A DNA stretch of 63,921 bases, filler included, from Olpidium bornovanus S191 (GCA_017911155.1; 31 parts of 31 records of this genome joined end to end with filler, not necessarily neighbours in it); one strand, 5' to 3'. Shown: positions 11,490 through 24,295, counted from the first letter of the whole stretch. Notes: a model not told the origin generated them from the sequence alone. Numbers and translations: made by a program.

Positions 11490-13303
11490 NNNNNNNNNNN
11501 NNNNNNNNNNNNNNNNNNNNNNNNNNNNNNNNNTTAATTAATTAANNNNNNNNNNNNNNNNNNNNNNNNNNNNNNNNNNNNNNNNNNNNAAAAGGCGGCG
11601 AGAAGAGTCGGTTCCAACGCTTCCTGCGGCACCTGCCCTGAGGCGTGTAAGGAATTACATTCCTGCAAGCAGCAGGCGTTTGTATATATGATTCCGGATC
11701 GCGCGCCATGGTATGGAGCAAGAGATCAACGCAGAAGCACGTAGCGTTTTCCGCGAAAACGGGCCAAGGTTCCATTATTTCCCGCAGAGGACGGCGCGAA
11801 AGCGACATTTGTGGAGGCTGAGGCGGGCGGGTGCCTTCGGAGGAGGGAAGGAGAGCGTGCAAGGGTGCAGGTCCAGCACAGGTCCAAGTCCGCGTATCCG
11901 TTTGGCTGTATGCTTCAGATGCGCCAAGAGCGTGAGGGAAGGCTTGTCGAGGCCCCCTGCGGGCGTCTTTTCTTTTCTTTTCTTTTCTTTTCTTTTTTTT
12001 TGGTTTTTTGTTTGACGGGATATTTCAGACAGAAAGAAAAAAGTTGCTTTTCCCGAACCGCGCACTTTGACGGGCCAAGGTCGAAAAAACCAAAAAAAAA
12101 AAAAAAAAAAAAAAAAGAGGAAAACCGTGCTTTTGTTTCCAAAACAGCGACAAAAAAAAAAAAAAAAAAACACAGAATTACAGATCACAGAGCAGACTCT
12201 GATTTCCTTGCAGGTTCCGTCACAAACTCCGGCGCAGATCCTGGCAAGCGTTTCAGCACGGTTTTTGGCGCACACTCTAATGCAGATCCCACACACACTG
12301 CCCTCCATACTAATTCCTTGGGTACAGCCCGGCAGATCCGGCACAACGCCACCTTCCGCCACTGTGCATCGCGCTACGACCCGCTACGAACCCCCCCCCC
12401 CCCCTTCCCCCCCCCCCCCCGCCAGCTTCCTTCCCTCCTTCCTTCCTTCCAAACAGCTAAAAAATTCAAGGGAACCGACTAACTGTTCGCCGTGAACATG
12501 ATTCCCGACATGGAGCCCATGGATCTCAGCGAGGGGTGACCGGACCTGGGTGGTCATGGAGTGCGTTTGAAGCCCTCGAAGAGGCCTTCCAAACGAATAA
12601 AGCAAAATAAAAAGAAAAAATGTCTCAGGGTTACTATCAGGGGTAACCCTGGCGCTATCTCCGAGACAGCGAAGCGCAACGAGGTGTAGAAAATCGATAA
12701 AACGGTGTGTGGATTTTTTCTTGCCGACAAAGTGCGGGAAAGTGCCTAGCGCGCGTTGTTGCAACGCGGGGTGGAGGGCGAAAATGCGCTCAATAATTTC
12801 CTCGTGTGCGAGTACGCCGGAGGGTCGTAAGTTTTGGAACGGCGTATTCTGCGGCAGCTTTCCCTGTGGCGGCGGGGGCGTCGTGCGTGCGTGCGTGCGT
12901 GTGTGTGTGTGTGTGTGTGTGTGTAAGGGGCGGGGTTCGTTTGAGTCTGGAGACGAGAAGGAAGGGCGCGGTTGGCAGCGAGCCCGTAAGCAAACGATAC
13001 GGAAAAGAGCCGCTGCACAGCGAGGCGATCAGCTCCTAGGCCTTTCGACGAGTTACACAGTACGGATCCTCTGGGGATCCTGCAGGGAGAGGCCGCGCAA
13101 GGGCCGGTTTGGTGTGCATTCGCGTGCCGCCCCTCGTCACAGCCTTGTCCTCTCTCTCTGGCGCGGCGGCGGCCGCGGCCGCGGATTTTCACAGCTCCGC
13201 CTGTTCCGCCGCCCGCCCGCGGAGAGACCGAGTGCCCGGCCCCCCGTTTGACGCCACACAAAAACCCGAACAAAGAAAAAAAAAAATAAAAATAAAAATA
13301 AAA

Positions 13304-14899
13304 ATGGAAGACCCGACAGCAGACTTTCTCGCCAGGGAGGCGGCGGCGCTCGGAGGCGACCTCGCCGCCGTGACTGCCGCGGCCGGCGCCGGAAGTCCCG
13401 AGGGTCCGCTCGCAGCCGCGGCTTCCTGCTCGCTCGACGACTTCGAGAAGGTCGAGCACAGCCCGTCGGCGTCCACGGCCTTTGCGGCGGCGGGCTCGCC
13501 TCATTTTCCGCAGCAGAGCGATCCAGTCAGCCTGGTCTCACCGCCGCCGCCGCCAGGCGGCCTGGACGCCTTCCAGACCAACTTCCCGCCTGTTGCTGAT
13601 CAGATCGGTCAGGTGCGTGTCCTCAGGGATTGTGGGGATTTTTTTTTTCTTCTTACGTCCCGCTGATCTTGGAGGGAATGGAGACGGGAGACGACATGGT
13701 CGGCAAAACTGGGGCAAAGGGGGGCTCAGAACGGTCTGACTTGGCGGCCTCCGCGACTGGAGTGTCCTTGGAATTCCTTTTTTTGTTTCTTTGTTTTTTT
13801 TTTTTTCTCGGGCGTTGCCTTTTCCTTTTTTTCCTGTTCGTTTCCCCTCCACGGTCCCCCGGATCCGGAAGGGCTCGAGAATGCGATCTCCCCTGTCTTT
13901 CCGAGCACCGCGCCTTTTCTCGATTTCTGTCACTTTCTTCCTTTCCCCCCTCTTCCCTCGCCCCCGCCCACGTCGTTTTTTTTTTTTTTTTTTTGGCTGA
14001 AGAAACTGTTCCACACCGGCTGGTCCGTCGGTTAATGTTCTTTTCTTTCTTTTTTTTTTTTTCTTTTTTTTATGTTGTCGGTCTTCCCCTCCATCTCCCC
14101 CTCTTCCCCCTTTTCCTAATCACGCAAAATGCCATCATCCACATCGCAAGGCCCCGCAAATCACAAAAGCCGGCCCCACTTCTCCGATCCACTCCCCCAC
14201 GCCGGAGTCCGAGGAGGATATTCACGCCGTCCGGTGGGTATGCTTGCCACATCGGGGCATCCTTTCCCCCGACCTTTCTTCTCTCCCAGACATCGTACTT
14301 GTCGTAACCGAACCCCCCCCCCCCTTTCTTCCCGCCCGCCCCGGAAATCCCCGCTTTTTTCCGTTTTTGCCGTTGAAGCGAATGGCGCCAGAGGTACGCG
14401 GAGGCTATCGCCGAACGGGACAGGAGGTCGGAGCAGCAGCACCGCGAGCAGGTTGATGCGGCTCGACAGGCTATCGACCGTTTTTACGAGGAGTACAACA
14501 AGCAGAAAGAGAGGACGCACTCGACGAACAGGTTCGGTTTTACGTCATTCCTTTCCCCCCGCGATTTTTTGAATACGCGTCTTGCAGGCGTCTGGGTGTT
14601 GTGCCCAACTTCGCCCCTGGAACGTTGTCCGGCGTTTTCTTTTTCTCTGAAATACACCCGCTTTTCCCCCTTCCCCGCGTCCTCCGATCTGTTCCAACCC
14701 CCACCCCAGGGAGGCCGAGACCCAACAAGCCGCAGAGAATGCCTCGGGCTCGATCTGGGAGAAGGTCACCCGGGAAGTCGAGGCGGCCGCCCAGGCTCAG
14801 TCAAAAGGCGCGGTGGCCAAGGGGCCCTCCCGCGAGCGCTTCCGCTGTCTGCTCAGCGACCTGCGGAAGGACGCCAGGGCACCTGGGCTGGCGGCGTAG
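13304..14899 (+). CDS. CLC1: Clathrin light chain, complete (4 exons, 244 aa)
   Basis: Exons 13304-13612, 14151-14233, 14379-14531 and 14710-14899 total 735 nt, in frame and all GT-AG. They give MEDPTADFLAREAAALGGD...EWRQRYAEAIAERDRRSEQQHREQVDAARQAIDRFYEEYN...IWEKVT...RFRCLLSDLRKDARAPG. Confidence 0.9.
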
Positions 14900-16589
14900 T
14901 TTTGTTCCAGTTTTCTTTTCACATACGAACCTGCCGGGGCCCCAATCCTTCCCCCCCCACACACGCTCATGCACACACACACATGCACACGCGATTTTTG
15001 TTTCACTATTTAAAATCTGAGCTGGGAGTTATAGGAAGAAAAAAAAAAAAAAAAAAAAAAAAAAAAGGNNNNNNNNNNNNNNNNNNNNNNNNNNNNNNNN
15101 NNNNNNNNNNNNTTAATTAATTAANNNNNNNNNNNNNNNNNNNNNNNNNNNNNNNNNNNNNNNNNNNNCATGGCTTTTGCCGCCAAAAAGTCTTCCAACA
15201 AGAGTTGTTGAAAGCCCCACAACACCCCCCCACCTTCCGTCCACTTTTTTTTTTCCGCCGTGTCTTGAATACTATTAGTGCTATTTTCGCGTTTTCTTTC
15301 GGGTGCTGCGTTCTCAGCATCTTGTGATCGGATCTGGCAGCGCTTTAGCTCGTTGGAAAGCCCTCGTCGAATATTATAAGCGTGCCGAGTTTCAAAATTT
15401 TAAGCTTTGAACTCGTTGGCTGGTGGCAAGTGATCAGGGTGTCTTCGTAGAATATATATTACACGGATGTATTACATACACACGTACTTCCCGACGGGCA
15501 AAACGTTTATATGTTTGACAGAAAATAAGAAGTGACATGTTCGTATTTTGCCAGAAATTTTTTTTTTTTTTTTTTTTGTGCGAGTGCCGCCCGCTCCGCC
15601 TCGGAAGTTGATGCCCCGCGCTGGAAAACGCGGAAAACAAACGCAAAAAAAATACCACCCGTCCCCTTCGTCCGCTCGCCCCTCCCGCTCCTTCCCGCCC
15701 TCGGCCGCGGGGTGACCTTCTTTTCACCCCGTCCTGCAGATATATCTTATACACATATGTAAACATCACCAGCGAAAAAAAAAACCCCCAGCTCCCGTAC
15801 TGCGCGCGAACCCTCTCCGCTCCGCTCCGCTCGTATCCCACGCTCGACAAAAGCTCGGTTCCGTTTGCATTTTGTGAGACCCCATAAAAAAAAAATCAGG
15901 AAAACCACGCTAATTATAAGCCCGCTGTATATATGTACATCTCGAAGTTTGTCCCGAGCGGTCAGGAGAAGAGGGAAAAAAAAAGAAAAACAAAAAAAAG
16001 ACTTTCCCCCACCTCCCCTTTCCTGTCGCCTCTCAAAGAAAGTAGACGAACAAACTGACTGCGGTCGACGAATGGGAAGGAAAGCGAAAAAAAAAAAAAA
16101 AAGAAAATGGAAAAATTCAGCACGACCCGTTTAAAGCCGCAGCAGGTACCAGAGGAAGAGAGGCGGGGTAATAAGTGTGAGGACGAAAAAAAAAATTAAT
16201 TCGAACGCGGCCGACGGGTTTTGCGACTCCATATCCGAACGCGAAAGGGGCCACGCGCGCGGTTCACCCGAGTCGCCAAGGAAAAAAAAAAAAAAAAAGC
16301 GGGGTCGGGAAGGGGAAGTGGGGGTGTGGGGACGGGGAGAAGGAACAAAGCACACTTGGGACCCTCCGCGCTGAAATCAGCTTCCGGGTGAAAAACCCGG
16401 GTATAGGCGCGGTAAAAAATACCACCTAAGAGAGGCACGACGTAAAAGGGGAAAGGACGGGGTGGGGGGGGGGGAACTGGATGAACGCGGAAATAAATAG
16501 GGGGAAAAAACGGGATCGAAAATGGGAAAGGTCGAAGAGGACGAGGAGGAGGAAGAAATGGGGGGGGAGGAATGTTATGCCATTGCGGA

Positions 16590-16876
16590 GCTCTGCAATT
16601 ATACTGGTCACCCCAAACGGGACTTGCGGACAAGGCAGAGGTCGACGTCGGAAGACAAACCCGAAGGAGTACAGGCGCTCTGCAGCGGACGCGACCCCTC
16701 GCCCCTCCGCATATAATCGGCCCTCACCCCCGGAAGAGCGGCAGATGCCCGACGCCGTGGACGCCTGCGCCCCTCCCGTCTGCTTTCTTGCCCTTTCCGC
16801 CTCCGCCGTCGTCTTCGTCCTGAGGACTGTACTCCAGGACCTCGAACCACGTGATCGCCACAGAACCGTTCATGCG
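16590..16876 (-). CDS. Hypothetical spliced protein fragment
   Basis: RMNGSVAITWFEVLEYSPQDEDDGG...VGHLPLFRG, then a GTGAG donor, then ERLYSFGFVFRRRPLP. No family recognised. Confidence 0.35.
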
Positions 16877-17526
16877 NNNNNNNNNNNNNNNNNNNNNNNN
16901 NNNNNNNNNNNNNNNNNNNNTTAATTAATTAANNNNNNNNNNNNNNNNNNNNNNNNNNNNNNNNNNNNNNNNNNNNATAACGCGCCGTTGAACGACGACC
17001 AACAAAATCTGAGGAAGTCGGACACGCGCCAAGCAGCAAAGCCAATCGAAATGCCCCCTCTTCCTACCCCGGCCCCTTCCCGTCGGAACCGGCGGGGTTC
17101 CCTCTTTCTGCAGTTTTGGCATGAAGAGACGGATCAAGAATATTCCGCGAAAACGAACGGACCGCGGGTGAAAACTGTGTTTCAATGCGCGGCAAGAAAT
17201 TAGGCTGGGTTCGTGCGTTTGCTTCTTTTTGCATGCTTTTGATAAAATTGGGGAGGCTGGAGCAGGGAGAATTTTGTGTAATGGAACTCTATAAACTATT
17301 CCGGCGGACAAATTATTAACCGGGAGTTCGAGAACTTCCGACATTTCGCCGTTATGTGGTCGTGGGGGTGCGGGAGGGGAGGGGAGGGAGGATCGAAGGG
17401 TAAGGGGGGGAGGAGGGAAAAGGGGGGGAGGAGGGAGAAAGGGAGAGCGGGACGGGGAGACCGACCGGCCGGCGGTGTAGGAGAAGCGGGTGTCGAAAAG
17501 TCGGATGGGCTTTTTTATTCTGTCTT

Positions 17527-19016
17527 TTAGTCTGACAGCGCCATGGGCGACGAAAGTGGCGACGGCGCCGAGACGCTCGAGTTCGACTTCACAGGCAGGG
17601 CGTCGGATTTGAGTGGCGGCGGCCAGAGGGCGCGGTCGGACGACCAAACGCGTGGTTCACCGCCGCTTCCGCAGCCGCCTGCGGCGGAGGATTCGTCCAC
17701 TGTCGCAAAGTCCGGCTCCAGCCGCGCGTTCGGCGCGTCGGCCGACGACGGATACCGCCTCGTCCCCGCGTCCAACGCTGACGGTCCCCTCACCCTCGGC
17801 TGCGCGTTGGGGTGCGGGCCCGGCGCGCCGCGGGCGATCGAGGTGGGGGATACCAGCATGGACGCCGCATTCCTGTTCTGTGGCGAGCCGGGCGACTTCC
17901 AGCGTGCCGCCTGTCTTTCACCGGTGAGGTCCTCCGGACGCGATTGGCTGAAGTTTGCCGCCAGCGCCTGCATCGGTCGTGTGCTGGCGAGTTCTGGGTA
18001 ACTCGAACCAAAGATACCCGTACCCACATCCGACTCGGCGTGCGCGTCTATCGTCTCAAGGTCTCGACGCGTCCAGTATTCTCGGTGCCCAAACTTTGGG
18101 TCCCTTGACCCACTGCCCGAAAGGCTCCGGCTAACTTTCCGCCCCTCTACAGTGTACCGCTTCAGGCGCTCGTGGAGGTCCACCGGAATGATCACCGTCC
18201 CCGCCGCGATGGACACCCTTCGCCCCGGAGGCGGTAGGGGGAGTGGCAAGGTGAGAGCCTGAGCCCGCTCAACGGCGGCCATCGTTTTAGAAGGCGAGGC
18301 GGCTGCTGGACCCGTCGCGGGAGCGGCAGGCGCAACGGAGGAAGAGGAAGCCAGTGAGCTCCAATGGCACCGGTTTGACGCCAGTGCCTCCAAGAATATG
18401 TGTCCTTCGGGCATGAAGTCGGCAAGCACGGCGAAGAACGGCCGAACGAGCAACTCGCCGAACTTGAGGCCGATTTGCGTTTGGTCCGAGTGTTCCCGGT
18501 CCATATTTTGCTGGAGTTGATTGTGATAGGGGGTGGGGGGGGGCCACCAACGACGGATACAGATCAGAGAAACAACTACTTCCAGTCCATTGAGACGCAA
18601 GCCAAGACCCACCGACACGGGCAACTTGTTCTTCTTCTCTATGTCCCCTTGAAGAAAAAACTCCTCAATGACGGCGTCGGACCATCGTTTGCACAGTGAC
18701 CAAGGCCGGACTGTGTTGCTGATGTCAGCAGCGTGAACGAGCACCTCGCTGAGGGTTTGGCGCTGGTCGCGTGTGAGGGAAACGGGCGGTAGCTCAGCCT
18801 GCGAGAAGAATTTGCGGGGAAACAAGAACACGTCGGAGCCCATGCGCCGACTTTGCGGAGAAGCGCTATTAGAAGCGTTGGGGAGGTGGTTGGAGCGCCG
18901 CTGAGTGGCGAGCAACCCGCTTCCGCTGAACGAAGGAGAGCTGAGCGATGCAGGAAAAGCGGCAAAATTATCCGGAGAATCCGTCACGACCGTTTGCGTC
19001 GCGGTAAAAGGCCTCC
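17527..19016 (-). CDS. Class I 3',5'-cyclic-nucleotide phosphodiesterase, C-terminal part
   Basis: EVLVHAADISNTVRPWSLCKRWSDAVIEEFFLQGDIEK...NMDRE...QTQIGLKFGELLVRPFF matches PDEase_I (HxADISN, EFFxQGD, Q-x-G-F). There is a predicted 102-nt intron at 18511-18612 and a long Ser/Ala/Pro-rich tail. Confidence 0.9.
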
Positions 19017-19169
19017 NNNNNNNNNNNNNNNNNNNNNNNNNNNNNNNNNNNNNNNNNNNNTTAATTAATTAANNNNNNNNNNNNNNNNNNNNNNNNNNNN
19101 NNNNNNNNNNNNNNNNCATGGCACGCGGTCGTCGAAATACTGCAAGGGACGGAGGGGGGCTGAACGAAA

Positions 19170-19770
19170 AAGGAATTCGTAAGCTTTTCGAACGATACGG
19201 CATCATATTTTCCGCTACCTTAACGGGTAACGTTTTTCTCGATCAACAGTTATCGAGGAGATGTTAAGCCAATTTGGCTTGTCCAAGTCCACACCCAAAT
19301 ATATGTCCACTGGAGGCCAAAATACGTCTCACAACGCGGACCAACGTCAGCTTTCTCCTGCACTTTTCAGGATGCACCCGCCCAGATATTGTGGTTCGGG
19401 CTACACAACTCGCACGTTGCAGCGCGAAGCCCTGTACGATCCACATTGCACATTTCAATTGTACTCTTCCCTACCTTGCCAGCACACACACGGCTTGCGA
19501 TTTTACAAGAAAGTCGCCGATATCTGCTCGAGGCCTGTCTTTGATGACAGGGAGCTAGCAATCCTACAAGGGGAATACAGTGCGCTTACGCCTCGGTTTA
19601 TTTTACCCCTTTAGTCTCTACATCCTTCCTTACGGTGGTGGTCACCACGTCTTCACTGACCTTGAGCCCTTTGTTCTCGAAGGCTTCGACGCCGACTGGT
19701 GCCGAGGGTTGGAAGAGTCAAACTGGGTATATCTACAACCTTGGAGCATATTTTCCGAAGGGTTATAATC
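19170..19770 (+). mobile_element. Degenerate Ty1/copia RT-RNase H remnant
   Basis: Fragments in shifting frames read EMLSQFGL, CTRPDIVVRATQLARCSAKPCTIHIAHFNCTLPYLAST and LEGFDADW...TGYIYNLG. They correspond to the copia TRPDI, P...H...L-x-YL-x-x-T and DADW...TG motifs. Confidence 0.75.
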
Positions 19771-20116
19771 AAAGCTCACAATAATCCCACAGCCTTTCCG
19801 GTTTTTAATCGCAAATAATTGCTACAAAACATCCTTTCAATTCAGCACGTATTAATCACTCAAACTTTTCCCACGGAAACAAGCTGCAAAAAAAAAAAGA
19901 CGGACATGCCGAGGCGTTGATGAAGTGCTGCAAGGCTTTTTCTTTTTTCGGCGTTTGTTCGTCCTCTGGTGCGGCGGTGCGCATTCCGTGACCGTTTTTT
20001 CTCACTGCAGCGAAAGTCTTCTCCGGGTTCTCCCTTCCCCAAACCCTCCCCCCAAAACCTGTGGAACGGCCGGTCGCTCTTCCGCCGGCGCCCGCGCGAT
20101 CACCACCTCCGCCCGC

Positions 20117-21331
20117 ATGTCGTACTCACACGGACAGGGTCCGCATGCCGCGGGCAGCGGCCAGCAACGCTTGTACCACGGAGGGGATGAGCCGCCGGCC
20201 GGCTCTCAGTCGCGAGCGAAGCCGACGTCGGCTTCGTCGGCACCGGGTTCGCGACCGGGGTCGCCCAAAACGACCCTCCCCGGCGCGACACCCCGGCGAA
20301 TGTTGGCCCACGAGCAGGGTTACCGGCTCGCCGCCGCCGCCTGCCGACGGTCCCGCCGCACGGCCCTCGACGACTTTGACGGCAAAAACTCTTCGTCCTC
20401 GGCGCGCTGGGCAGGAGGGCCAAGCGTTTCCGAGAGGCGTGGCGCAGACCGGGAACAGTCACACCGTTCTGCCCCGCCGCGCCTAAAACCTGGCGGCAAC
20501 GGGGTTGATGTGAAAAATGCGTTGGCTCGCCTGGAGGCGGCGATGGAGAGGTTGGACTTACTGCGCGACTTGGAAACCTCCGAGGAGGACGACAACGAGC
20601 GCCGGCCGTTGTCGTCGACGAGCGTGGCTGACCTGGAAAACCTGGTTGGCGAGGTAGCTGGCGAGGCTGACGAATCTCTGGAGCCGGGGACGTCTCGGTT
20701 TTCAACGGAGCCCAAAGCGGCACGCGAATATTTGAAGTCTTCGGTTTCTGCCGCTGGTGGCACCTGCGGCGCGGGAACTCCATCCACGCGACAACCCCAA
20801 CCGGCCTCAGAAGCTACCCCCTCGGCCCAACGTACCGCGGAGCAGCTTAATATCACTCCGCCCACCACGGCGTCCCGAAGGAGGCCGAGGCGTACGCAGC
20901 TGCCTGTACCTACTCTCGACGATGACGACTTCGACAAATTCAGTGATCTGACATGGCAGAGGGACACGTTCGAAGACCACGTGAGTGACAGTACCGCTCC
21001 CAGGACGTCATTCGGACGGCCGAGTAGTAGGAATCTTTTGGACGAGTTTCACGCAGTTGCGGAAGCGGACGCCGATGGCCTTCAGTCAAGACGGCGTTGC
21101 CATCCATCGTCCCGTGCTCTAGACAGTGGTTTCAACACGGGGACGCCCGTTGCCGAACATGATAACGACGAGTATCGGGAAACTTCGCCTCAGCGCACGC
21201 TCCGAGAGTCCATGGAAGAATTTGGCCGGCTTTTCGATGATTACGAGGCGTTTCTCGCCGCCCACGATTACCGTTACTTTTGCGACGGTAGCTCCGCCGT
21301 GCACCATCAATTCACTTACCCGTTTCGGCAA
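20117..21331 (+). CDS. Hypothetical low-complexity protein, N-terminal part
   Basis: About 400 stop-free codons from ATG 20117 to near the contig edge, rich in S/P/A/E/D, with one short predicted helix (VKNALARLEAAMERLDLLRDL). No domain recognised. Confidence 0.55.
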
Positions 21332-21431
21332 NNNNNNNNNNNNNNNNNNNNNNNNNNNNNNNNNNNNNNNNNNNNTTAATTAATTAANNNNNNNNNNNNN
21401 NNNNNNNNNNNNNNNNNNNNNNNNNNNNNNN

Positions 21432-22825
21432 AACCGCTTTCACACTCGGATCGATACTTCGTCCACGGAAACAATTCGATACCGCTCGAAGCCCTCCGGC
21501 CGGCAGCATACTCGCGAGCTCCTTGACCGTCGTCTCGATCTTCGCAGTCATGACCTTCGAAACGGAAAGCTCATCCGAGTCGCCGACTGCACCGGCGCAC
21601 GCATCTGATACATCGGCGTTCTTTTTTTAGCGGCCGGCTTCTTCTCGACGGGCTTCTTCTCTGACGCTCCCTGTTCAGCCGATGTGGATGGCTTCCCGGT
21701 CGTCATCGGTGCTGCTGGACGAGACGCAGGTGCAACTGGTTTCGTCGGTCGGGTTGCCAGTGAGTTCACCGGGGGAATCATTCTCGGCGTAGCAACCGGT
21801 CGTTGCGACCCTTCACCGGTAACCCTCTGTTTCTTTTCGATGTTTCCAGCGGCCTCGTCCTCTCTGATCCGTTTCTCCTCGACCCAGGCTTGTGCACGGA
21901 CATGCGAGTCCTCAACAGCATTGTCCCAACCCTCCCACTCGTCGACAAAAATGGAATGCGATCCTACGTTCCTCGCAGGGACTTGCTGTTGTTGCTGTCG
22001 TTGACGTGCCTCCCGGACGATGCCTCGAATTCCTATCCTCGAGTCCATAGGCACCCGATCGTTCGTTCCAGACCAGCAGATCACTCCTCCACGAATCACG
22101 ACGGCGCGCGCACGAATAACTTGAGAAAGGTCATTGCAAAGTTGCCGCGCGTGATCACCAAGGCACCAGGCACATCGCGCTCGAGTGCCGGAATTGTTCA
22201 GCGGCGGGTTCGGACGCAATTGCTGTGGAACAGACGATTGTAAAAGTCCGGGCACATTCCCACCGTTCCCTTGTTGTAACAACGTCATCCAGTACAAATT
22301 CATTTGCCGGAACTGCTCGGCCAGGTCGCTAATAACCTTTTCTGTCGACGAACTTGCCGGAGCTGGTCGGGACGAGACCGTCGCGGTGCTCATCGTTAAA
22401 TCCGAGGGGACCGCAAACCCCTGAATGTTGGAACGCGGGACCGGCGGTTCGAACGTGGCCGGAGCCGGAGGCAGTCCGTCTTCTACACGACGAAGGCGAA
22501 GCACTTGAGTGAGGCATTTGGCGACATCCTTGACGCGATTCCGGTCGATCGTGAGCTCGCCGTCCTCGTCGATTAAGTCTTTGATTATCTCGGAGCGGTA
22601 CGAGGGCTTCAAAGCCTTCAGGTACCAATGCGTCTGGTTGGCCTCGAAAACCATGCGTTTGCGCTTGTCTAACTCGCTAAGCTTAATATCAAATTGGCGT
22701 AGGACCTCGTCCGGCATTTCACCGGCAGAACTCATCGAATCAAGCCAAGTCGAGAACGAAGTAGTCGTAAAACGCGTGGTATCCAGAGACTTGTACTTCG
22801 AACGAAGTTTGTCCTTGCACGTCGA
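21432..22825 (-). mobile_element. Ty3/gypsy-type retrotransposon gag region with zinc-knuckle variant; frameshift near the 3' end
   Basis: Intronless frame ...LRSKYKSLD...EVLRQFDIKLSEL...WYLKAL...RCAWCLGDHARQLCNDL...GGVICW (C-X2-C-X3-H-X4-C). It continues in the -1 frame from ~21580 as SKVMTAKIETTVKELASM, a layout I associate with fungal gypsy Gag. Confidence 0.6.
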
Positions 22826-23166
22826 NNNNNNNNNNNNNNNNNNNNNNNNNNNNNNNNNNNNNNNNNNNNTTAATTAATTAANNNNNNNNNNNNNNNNNNN
22901 NNNNNNNNNNNNNNNNNNNNNNNNNCATGACAAAAAAAACAACAACTGTTGTGCAGTGGTCATTTAAATGTAATGTTGGGTATCACGGGCAAACACAACG
23001 CATAACCAAACTTACACGAGAAATAATGGGATAATAATGCTTGCGAGAAACGGGATAATAATGCTTGCGAGAAGGGGAAATGCCGTGGAAACTCCCCGTG
23101 TTCCGAGCACTCCCACACTTTTGCTGCTGTTCGGTACATGCCCAGGGTCTCGGTTTCTCAGAGACG

Positions 23167-23207
<41 letters not shown>

Positions 23208-23841
23208 ACCATTTCCCACTCCGCACCCCCACCCGCCCGGCCCGCTTCACAACCCTCACCTCCTTTCTTCCCGGTTCTAGATACGATAGCAGGCTGCACT
23301 TGTTTTCGTCGTCAGCAGGCCTCGGCCTCACTCCCTCTGACGCTCAGCGGCGGCGCCCCCGCCCGCCCGCGCAAGCCGGGTCGATCGCAGCGCGATTTTT
23401 TCCTCTCCTCCGTTACGAGCCGGAAAGTGACCGAGGAGCAAGCGCGGTGGGACGGGTCGCTTTGGCCGGACTAGGGAAAGCCCGCCCGCCCGCTCGAACC
23501 CCGGATCCATAAGACTGCTTTTCCATTCCCCCTTCCCCCCCCGCCGCCCTTTCCCCTCCAGCAGTGCGCTGCGTGCTGCCGCCTGTGTGCTGGTGGCAGT
23601 CAGACGGCGATTCAACAAGTTTCCGTTCAGATCGACGGCCGTCAAGGTAGGTAGCATACCGGCCGCGGCTCAGATCGTCCGCCGCTGCGTCGTTCTTCTG
23701 GTCCCAACTAGTCGGTGGACGCTCGATCAGCTCGTTACTGACGGGCGCTGGCCGGCGTGCCGCACAAGGACTTGTCAGAGGAGGAGTTTTTGCACGACAA
23801 GGGTCCCGGCCCAGCGCACAAAGGTGCCTCGTTCTGCCGCC

Positions 23842-24295
23842 ATGACAGAGCACTCATGGCACTTCAGCGACTGGGAGGCGGCCCTGGGCGTATCGACGGA
23901 CGTGGCACTTGATGACGATGTCAAGCCCGATGAAGTCAAGATGTCGAACCGGCTATGCAAGGTCCCGTCGGCCAAACTGGTGCTGTGCATGGCTTGGTTC
24001 CTCCTTGCCTGCTGACGCGCGCGCCGAAACGCAGACTGCAGACGAGATTGAACGATTTTCTGTGGACGAATCGCTATCCGAGATGGAGAAAGCCAGGTTC
24101 CTAATAAGGTCCGAGACGCTGCCCGAAGTCGCTGACAAGCGATGTAAAAGCCTGGCTGACGATCGCAGCGTGCCGCTTTTCGGAGACGTCAGGAATGGTG
24201 CCCGGGTCCAAAAGCTGTCTGTCATATCAAACCTGCGAAGGCTGCTGTTGGAGTACGACGCCGAGGCGAAGAACATGCTCCTCCCAGAACTGCTG
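23842..24295 (+). CDS. PPP4R4: Protein phosphatase 4 regulatory subunit 4-like protein, N-terminal exons
   Basis: Exons 23842-23979, 24035-24108 and 24193-24295 give ...KLTADEIERFSVDESLSEMEKARFLIRNGARVQKLSVISNLRRLLLEYDAEAKNMLLPELL. This aligns by recall with the animal PPP4R4 N-terminus (EEIERLTVDEDLSDIERAVYLL...SVIANLP...VLP). Confidence 0.7.

Noticed and set aside
12480-13130. Possible minus-strand exons divergent from CLC1 (e.g. KLPQNTPFQNLRPSGVLAHEEIIERIFALHP)
   Set aside because: I could not build a consistent spliced model or recognise a family, so it was left uncalled.
13670-13770. Minus-strand segment KDTPVAEAAKSDRSEPPF...KISGT* as a nested gene inside CLC1 intron 1
   Set aside because: It is short and low complexity, with no convincing splice sites or homology, so it is probably chance.
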